A stretch of DNA of 12,349 nt from Candidatus Helarchaeota ASGARD archaeon Hel_GB_B (GTDB lineage: Archaea; Asgardarchaeota; Lokiarchaeia; Helarchaeales; HEL-GB-B), in NCBI GenBank assembly GCA_005191425.1, contig SUPR01000097.1, forward strand, positions 1 through 12,349. Reading direction: 5' to 3'. Of this stretch, positions 6,929 to 12,349 are shown piece by piece. How positions within the stretch are numbered: the first letter of the stretch is position 1; each line of letters begins with the position of its first letter. The translations under genes and the position numbers were made by a program. Below the pieces are notes generated by a model. The model did not search any database. It was not told the origin of the DNA and saw only the letters and a program-made list of their open reading frames with translations.

Positions 6929-7702
6929 CTACTTTTTATTATTTATATTGATATATCTTTTTTTATAATTTTGGAACGGATGTCCATGCCCTGGAATAAT
7001 ATAATCTGCAATAGAAGTTATTTTATGCATTGATTTAATACAAGCTTCTTTACCTAAATTACCTGAGTTGTATTGCCATATTTCGTCATGATCAAAATAA
7101 GATTGGGAAACAATAGCATCACCTGCAACGATAATTTTAACTTTTAAATATTCTATAAGGAGAGAACAATGTAATAAAGTGTGTCCTAGAGTGGGAAAAA
7201 TTCTACATCCAGCGAATTCGTCCTTTTCATTTAAAAAAATAACCGGTAATAGATGACTGAAATTATAAAATTCGGCAATTCGGTCTATATTTAATGAAAA
7301 ATCTCTGGACAAATCATAATTATTAAAAATTTCTGAATATATTTCTTTATCGGGTAAAAATGAGTATATTTTTGCATTAGGAAATAGTCTCAAATTTCCG
7401 AAATGATCTGTGTGCCAATGAGTAATAAATATACCATCAATGTCATTAAAAGTCAAGTCATATTGATTAAATATATTTTTTAAAGAACGTTCATTAAATG
7501 TTAAATTCTTATCAGATATATCAATTTCATTAGCAAATCCAGTATCAATAATATAATTATTTCCTTTGTATTTGATATATGTAATAGAACTATCGCCAAA
7601 TCTTCCAAGAGCTTTATTGATTTTGAGCATTGAAATAGATGGATTTTCACCAAATTCAATATTTAATGAACCAAATTTTAAAATTTTAAGATCGTCAATC
7701 AT
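6929..7702 (-). CDS. Metallo-beta-lactamase-fold hydrolase, MBLAC1-like
   Basis: IIDTG, THWHTDHFGNLRLFPNA (HxHxDH), TLGHTLLHCS, IIVAGDA, ADYIIPGHGHPF. Confidence 0.9.
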   Translation of the reverse strand: MIDDLKILKFGSLNIEFGENPSISMLKINKALGRFGDSSITYIKYKGNNYIIDTGFANEIDISDKNLTFNERSLKNIFNQYDLTFNDIDGIFITHWHTDHFGNLRLFPNAKIYSFLPDKEIYSEIFNNYDLSRDFSLNIDRIAEFYNFSHLLPVIFLNEKDEFAGCRIFPTLGHTLLHCSLLIEYLKVKIIVAGDAIVSQSYFDHDEIWQYNSGNLGKEACIKSMHKITSIADYIIPGHGHPFQNYKKRYININNKK

Positions 7703-7727
7703 TAGTATAAATTTAAGTCAAATAACA

Positions 7728-9254
7728 TTAATTAACATTATGGATCAGTTCCCAAAATTCTTTAATTTTTAAATATCTATCAGCTCTCTTCTTGTGTGTA
7801 ATTCCATCTTGTGTCTTATAGGTAAAACAATTTAAAATTTTTGGACCAAGTCGTATTGGTATTACAGATTTTGAGTTAAATATTGGCGAATTATTCATTA
7901 ATGTAAAAACACTAATAATAATATCATCAATATAATTTCTGTTATCATCCAAAAAATTAATAGTCGATTCAAAATCGATATCTAATTCTCCTGGAAATCC
8001 TATGATTAAATAAAGAACCACATCAATATCCAATTCTGATGTTAATCTTATCAATTTGGTTGCAGAGTGTATATTTAGGTCTTTTTTCATTAAGTTAAGT
8101 ACCTTTTGGCTACCAGATTCAAGACCATAAAAACAATGCGTTAGTCCATACTTTTTAAAGATTTTAATTCTATTTTGATTCAAATTATTTAATTTACAAT
8201 TTCCGCCAAAAGAAATATGCAAGTTTTCTTGGTCAAGTAATTTAAGTGCATTGGTAAAATTAGTTGTTATGTTGAAAGCATTATCACTAATTTCAAATTT
8301 ATCGATCCCATAGTTTTTCAAATAATATTTTATTTCTTTTAATATGTTATTTGGACTTTTACTTATAACTGGGTTCCAAATTGAAGGTTCATTGCAGAAT
8401 GAACACCGCCCATCGCAACCCTTTGTTGCTAATAATTCTAATTTCTGAAAATTTTTAAATTTATAATCAAAATAGGTTAATTCATCATAAATAGGAAACG
8501 GTAAATCATTTAAATTAATTTTAGGAGGTAATTCCGTAATATAAATGTGATTATTCTTTTTTAGTGCTAGACCGGGGACAAAACTTAAATTACTTTTTTG
8601 TTTCAGTGAATCTATTAATTTAAATAATGGATATGTACCATCATTATGATAAATTACATAATCTATGATATCTAAATTTACATATAAATCTCGTCTATAT
8701 GTAGGAAAAGTTTCAGGCCCACCCAAAATTATGATTGAATTGGTTTTTAATCGTTTAATATTTTGAATAACTTTTAATGTAGCAATAACATTAGTAATAT
8801 TAACTGAAAAAGCATAAATATTTGTATCAAATGAAATTAAATTTTGGACATATTTATCCAGAATATTATAAAATTTAGCGGTTTTATCTCTTAAATTTTG
8901 AAATATTTCGTTAAACAAATCTAAATGAATGGGTGATAATGATTCTAAAAAATGTTTTCCCACATTTTTTATCGAGAAAAAATTTTTTGAATCAAATAAT
9001 AAAAGTGTATAACCGATTAAGGGGAATAGATTAATTTTAAATTTGAAAGAATGGTTGATATCAAAATCTTTTAAGTATTTGTAATAAAATCCCGGACTAA
9101 AATCTATTGTTTGGATATTTATCCCTTTTTCTTTTAAATATGTGTGTAATAATGCTAACCCTGAAGATGGAGTATTAATGGTATAGGGCGGGATCAAAGA
9201 TAAAACGCAATCATATTCCATATAAATCTTAAAATTATTTATTACTTTATTCAA
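7728..9254 (-). CDS. Cobalamin (B12)-binding radical SAM protein (class B methyltransferase-like)
   Basis: N-terminal B12-binding-domain features (PP...PSSGLALL..YLKEKG, IILGGPE), CxxxCxxC motif GCDGRCSFC, GLESGSQKVL..MKK, and IIGFPGE. The start is TTG 9254 (8-nt overlap with the upstream gene) or ATG 9221. Confidence 0.92.
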   Translation of the reverse strand: MNKVINNFKIYMEYDCVLSLIPPYTINTPSSGLALLHTYLKEKGINIQTIDFSPGFYYKYLKDFDINHSFKFKINLFPLIGYTLLLFDSKNFFSIKNVGKHFLESLSPIHLDLFNEIFQNLRDKTAKFYNILDKYVQNLISFDTNIYAFSVNITNVIATLKVIQNIKRLKTNSIIILGGPETFPTYRRDLYVNLDIIDYVIYHNDGTYPLFKLIDSLKQKSNLSFVPGLALKKNNHIYITELPPKINLNDLPFPIYDELTYFDYKFKNFQKLELLATKGCDGRCSFCNEPSIWNPVISKSPNNILKEIKYYLKNYGIDKFEISDNAFNITTNFTNALKLLDQENLHISFGGNCKLNNLNQNRIKIFKKYGLTHCFYGLESGSQKVLNLMKKDLNIHSATKLIRLTSELDIDVVLYLIIGFPGELDIDFESTINFLDDNRNYIDDIIISVFTLMNNSPIFNSKSVIPIRLGPKILNCFTYKTQDGITHKKRADRYLKIKEFWELIHNVN

Positions 9255-9585
9255 GGACTAAATTTTTTAAACTATTTAATAATTCATGGAGTGACAAACC
9301 CAATTCAAGATAGAAAATGTTTTCTTGGATTGATTCTAAAGAGTTTTTCAATATTTTACTTGATTCCACGAGACCTTTATCTTGTTTCAATTCATTTAAT
9401 ATTTTAGTGGTAATTTTTAATTGCTGAGTTATCAAAGTAAATTTCTCACCTATAGACTTCATAAAATCTTCAAATGCATCCTGAACATTATTTAATTTAT
9501 TATTAATTACATCTAATTTCGAATAAATATCGTTTAATGCACTTGCAACAAATGGTAATAATGATTGTTTACCTGAAGAAGACAT
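9247..9585 (-). CDS. Small all-helical coiled-coil protein (member C of a tandem trio)
   Basis: Continuous 3-4 hydrophobic periodicity. Its ATG overlaps the upstream stop (TAATG at 9587-9583). Confidence 0.75.
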   Translation of the reverse strand: MSSSGKQSLLPFVASALNDIYSKLDVINNKLNNVQDAFEDFMKSIGEKFTLITQQLKITTKILNELKQDKGLVESSKILKNSLESIQENIFYLELGLSLHELLNSLKNLVLE

Positions 9586-9950
9586 TACTCATCACTACTA
9601 TTTTCCTTTAATTCTTTTAATTCTTGAATTATTTCATTTAACTCATTAAGCGTATCTTGAAAATCAGTTACATCAAATTTATCCTCAATTTTTTTTGAAA
9701 TATTTTCAATAATTTTATTTGAATTTGCTAAATCTCTAAATTGAAATGTTTTTTCAAAAACATTTATTAAGTCCTCCAGATGGTCGCTAACTTGGAGCAT
9801 AGACTCATTAATTGTATCAGTTAAATTAATTAATGAAGCCGAAATATTATCAATATTTTTTGACATTTTGTCCAACTTTTCAGATAAATTTTCAAACAGT
9901 GCGGAAATTTGATTAACTTCACTCTGATCAGACATAGATTTCAAATCCAA
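9585..9950 (-). CDS. Small all-helical coiled-coil protein (member B of a tandem trio)
   Basis: Hydrophobic residues at 12,15,19,22,26,29,33,36,40,43,47,51,54,58,61,65 give heptads with a stutter. The start is TTG 9950 or ATG 9935. Confidence 0.75.
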   Translation of the reverse strand: MDLKSMSDQSEVNQISALFENLSEKLDKMSKNIDNISASLINLTDTINESMLQVSDHLEDLINVFEKTFQFRDLANSNKIIENISKKIEDKFDVTDFQDTLNELNEIIQELKELKENSSDE

Positions 9951-9966
9951 AATATTTATTTATTAA

Positions 9967-10521
9967 TTATGATCCAAAAAATGAAGATGGCCTTACTACA
10001 TGGTCTTCATCATCATCTTCAATGGGTTGTGGCTCTTCTACAGTACTCTCAATTGGTTGAGGCGCTTTTACTGGAGCTGGCGTAGGTTGAGATGGTTTAG
10101 CTGGTTCTTTAATCTTTTGCTCTTTATCAACTTTATGTTCTTTCTGGACTGGTTTTTTACCTTTAATTTTCGATGCCAAATCATCAATATTCTGGACAAT
10201 ATCTTGAATTGATAGAATTTGTAAATTCTTTTTTAATTTATTAACTAATGAATTCAATAAAATATTTAATTCATCTATGGTAGATGTCTCAAGACTTTTC
10301 ATTTTTTCAGATAAAGTCTGTTCAAAAGCAGGTAAGCTTGAATTTGTAATTGTATTAAAGCCCGCATCAAATTTATTTTCAATATTATTAACTTTTTTAA
10401 CTAATTCATTTATAATTTGATTTTGTTCCAAAATATGTTTTTCAATTCTTCTTAAAGCTTCAACAGAATCTTCTAAAATTCCTGTTAGTATTTTTACCAT
10501 TGATGATTCTTCACTTGTCAT
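9967..10521 (-). CDS. Coiled-coil protein with Pro-rich disordered linker and acidic/aromatic C-terminal tail (member A of a tandem trio)
   Basis: Heptad region of about 120 aa, then KEPAKPSQPTPAPVKAPQPIESTVEEPQPIEDDDEDHVVRPSSFFGS. ATG 10521 is preferred over the track's GTG 10530 because GGGTG (10532-10528) sits 6 nt upstream like an SD. Confidence 0.8.
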   Translation of the reverse strand: MTSEESSMVKILTGILEDSVEALRRIEKHILEQNQIINELVKKVNNIENKFDAGFNTITNSSLPAFEQTLSEKMKSLETSTIDELNILLNSLVNKLKKNLQILSIQDIVQNIDDLASKIKGKKPVQKEHKVDKEQKIKEPAKPSQPTPAPVKAPQPIESTVEEPQPIEDDDEDHVVRPSSFFGS

Positions 10522-10679
10522 ACCAAGCACCCAAAAATCATTTTTTGATTCAACAATTATCTATCTAGAGACAATTAAAATTTATAGATATTGGGATAAT
10601 TTTTAATTGAATATAGAATTTATTTACAAATTATTTTTATTATAAGCATTAATTATATTTAAAAAGTTAATCAATAAAA

Positions 10680-11663
10680 TTAAAAACCTATCTTCTTAGC
10701 CCGAAGATTTGCATCACTAATGATTACAGAGAATAGGTTTACATTTTTTATATCAGAAGTAAAAAACCCGAAATATTCACCAGATTCTAATTTTGAAGCT
10801 AAAAGTAAAGAATCACCGTCCTTTTTTAGTCCCCACAGATCCTCAGATTCATAATTTCTAACGATAATATTGTAATTTTTTCTAAGGTTTGAGATAATAT
10901 TTTCGTGCTCAGGATTCTTTAAATCAATGCGAGTCGATAAATTTATAGATACATTTTCATCTATACTGGACAAGTCTATGTTATTTAAATCATCTAAATG
11001 TGGAAGGATCAATAAAACACGTACTTTAACATTTTTTAATATTTCATTAATTTGTGAAATAAATTGATTTTCGCCTATTAATATTTTTATATTCTCATTT
11101 ATTTGGTAATTCTCTTTTTCTTCTTTTAATTTTTGCTCGAATTCTTTAATCAACTTTTCCTTTTGTTTTTCAAAATCTTCTTGAAGTTTTATTAATTCCT
11201 CTTTATGGTTGTTTTTTTCATTAGTTATTTCAGCCATCAAACTGTTTCTTTCATTCTCGAATTCAGCTTCTTTATTTTTAATTAATTCCTGTAAATCATC
11301 AAATTTTTTCTTATAATTCTCGATTATTTCCTCATTTTCACTTTTTGATTTATCGATTTTTTCTATAAGTAATTTTTTTTCTTCACTCCATTTCCTTTTT
11401 TCAAGTTCAAAATCGTCCAGGATTTTCTTTTTTTCACTTAATTCAGCATTTATTTTATTTATTTGGACTTTTAACATTTCAATTTTCATATTTTTTTGTT
11501 CAATTGTCGAATCCTTTTCATTGACCGCATATTCTAAACTTTTTATCTGCTCGGTTGTAGTTTTTTCGTGTTCTAAAAATTGTTTTTCTAATTCAATTAA
11601 TTTTATTTTTTCTTCAATGCTGGAATCCTTCAATTTTTTTAGGTCTAATTCGATATCGTTCAT
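10680..11663 (-). CDS. Long E/K-rich coiled-coil protein with a C-terminal TrmB effector-like / PLD-like alpha-beta domain
   Basis: About 190 aa of charged heptads, then IKILIGENQFISQINEIL...VLLILP...INLSTRID...VRNY...LWGLKKDGDSLLLA...GFFTSD...LF..IISD..LRAKKI. This pattern resembles TrmB sugar-binding/PLD-like domains and has no HKD motif. Confidence 0.65.
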   Translation of the reverse strand: MNDIELDLKKLKDSSIEEKIKLIELEKQFLEHEKTTTEQIKSLEYAVNEKDSTIEQKNMKIEMLKVQINKINAELSEKKKILDDFELEKRKWSEEKKLLIEKIDKSKSENEEIIENYKKKFDDLQELIKNKEAEFENERNSLMAEITNEKNNHKEELIKLQEDFEKQKEKLIKEFEQKLKEEKENYQINENIKILIGENQFISQINEILKNVKVRVLLILPHLDDLNNIDLSSIDENVSINLSTRIDLKNPEHENIISNLRKNYNIIVRNYESEDLWGLKKDGDSLLLASKLESGEYFGFFTSDIKNVNLFSVIISDANLRAKKIGF

Positions 11664-11740
11664 TTTAAACCAACTATTTTCATAATGATATTAAGTAGAA
11701 ATTATAAATTAACGATAAAATATCTTATTATAAAATATTT

Positions 11741-12349
11741 TTATTCTATTTCTAAATTTTTAATCCAAGTATTTTGAACATAATTTAATATTTTAGTATC
11801 TACATGATAATTGGAGAGCAGTTTATTAAATCCTTCTGAGATTGCATAATTTACATCTTTATTTCCGAAAAAATTTATCGTTGAACTTTTTGGTATGAAT
11901 TTTTTAAAATATTTAAAATTGTTTTCTACTCTCTCCTTTAATGATGTCAAAAATGACGGATTAAAGACATCTATTGGTATTTCATATTCGGTTTTTGATT
12001 GAAGAATTAATGGCGGAGCTACAATCCATCTATTTACTCCTGAAGTATCTTTTATTTCTGCAATGTATAGTGGGAACCATATTCTTATAATTGGAAGAAT
12101 TAAATTTAGATTTGAACCTGAAATTGCCCATCTATTCAGATGATCTCGCTCGGTCTTAATATTACTATATAAAGTAGTAAGATGTTCATTAATTTTTAAA
12201 ATTTGCTTTTTTGTTTCAGCTAAATCCTTTAAATTAAATGAAATGTTTGATGAATCTGATTGATATGAACTTTTAATAATTTTTTCAAATCTGTTCATCA
12301 AATTATTAACTTCGTCCTTACTTTTTTGAACGATTTCTATTGTTTCTTT
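11741..12349 (-). CDS. Hypothetical protein, 5'-truncated by the window edge (helical segment followed by a globular C-terminal domain)
   Basis: The frame of the 186-aa ORF stays open upstream of TTG 12301 to the edge (KETIEIVQKSKDEVNN-LMNRFE...), so the track's start is probably an artefact. The C-terminal part contains PIIRIWFPLY and WIVAPP. Confidence 0.7.
   Translation of the reverse strand, partial: KETIEIVQKSKDEVNNLMNRFEKIIKSSYQSDSSNISFNLKDLAETKKQILKINEHLTTLYSNIKTERDHLNRWAISGSNLNLILPIIRIWFPLYIAEIKDTSGVNRWIVAPPLILQSKTEYEIPIDVFNPSFLTSLKERVENNFKYFKKFIPKSSTINFFGNKDVNYAISEGFNKLLSNYHVDTKILNYVQNTWIKNLEIE

Noticed and set aside
7566-7772. Plus-strand 68-aa ORF
   Set aside because: Antisense to the MBL and radical SAM genes.
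9970-10086. PTPAP as a P(S/T)AP ESCRT late motif, and VVRPSSFF as a PIP box
   Set aside because: Neither matches its consensus: there is an extra Pro in the first, and the second lacks Gln at position 1 and an aliphatic residue at position 4.
10000-10212. Plus-strand Trp/Phe-rich 70-aa ORF that looks like a membrane peptide
   Set aside because: It is the antisense reading of the Pro/Lys-rich tail of protein A; CCA/AAA codons read as TGG/TTT on the other strand.
1-12349. CRISPR arrays, IS elements, integrases or rRNA
   Set aside because: I saw no regularly spaced repeats, terminal inverted repeats, transposase/integrase motifs or rRNA-like GC-rich stretches.

Overview
A very AT-rich archaeal window, most consistent with an Asgard (Loki/Hel-like) archaeon. 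The assignment is inferred from a Rab-like GTPase without a prenylation tail, an archaeal-type PRPP synthetase, a BHB-intron tRNA and a coiled-coil/TrmB-like fusion. Left to right: (1) a membrane-bound alpha/beta hydrolase on the minus strand, missed by the ORF track and running off the left edge; (2) a ~650-bp divergent intergenic region; (3) a Rab-like small GTPase; (4) a tRNA gene, also absent from the ORF track, that reconstructs as tRNA-Ile with the rare UAU anticodon and carries two introns, one in the D-loop (17/17a) and one canonical (37/38), both with bulge-helix-bulge geometry; (5) prs; (6) a minus-strand run of nitroreductase, Cys-rich V4R-like protein and Pol-beta-type nucleotidyltransferase; (7) a minus-strand run of three tandem, apparently paralogous all-helical coiled-coil proteins, then a cobalamin-dependent radical SAM enzyme and an MBLAC1-like metallo-beta-lactamase-fold hydrolase; (8) a long coiled-coil protein with a C-terminal TrmB/PLD-like domain; (9) a 5'-truncated CDS at the right edge. 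The top leads are the double-intron tRNA-Ile(UAU) and the coupled coiled-coil trio. All family calls come from motifs read by eye; no searches were run.
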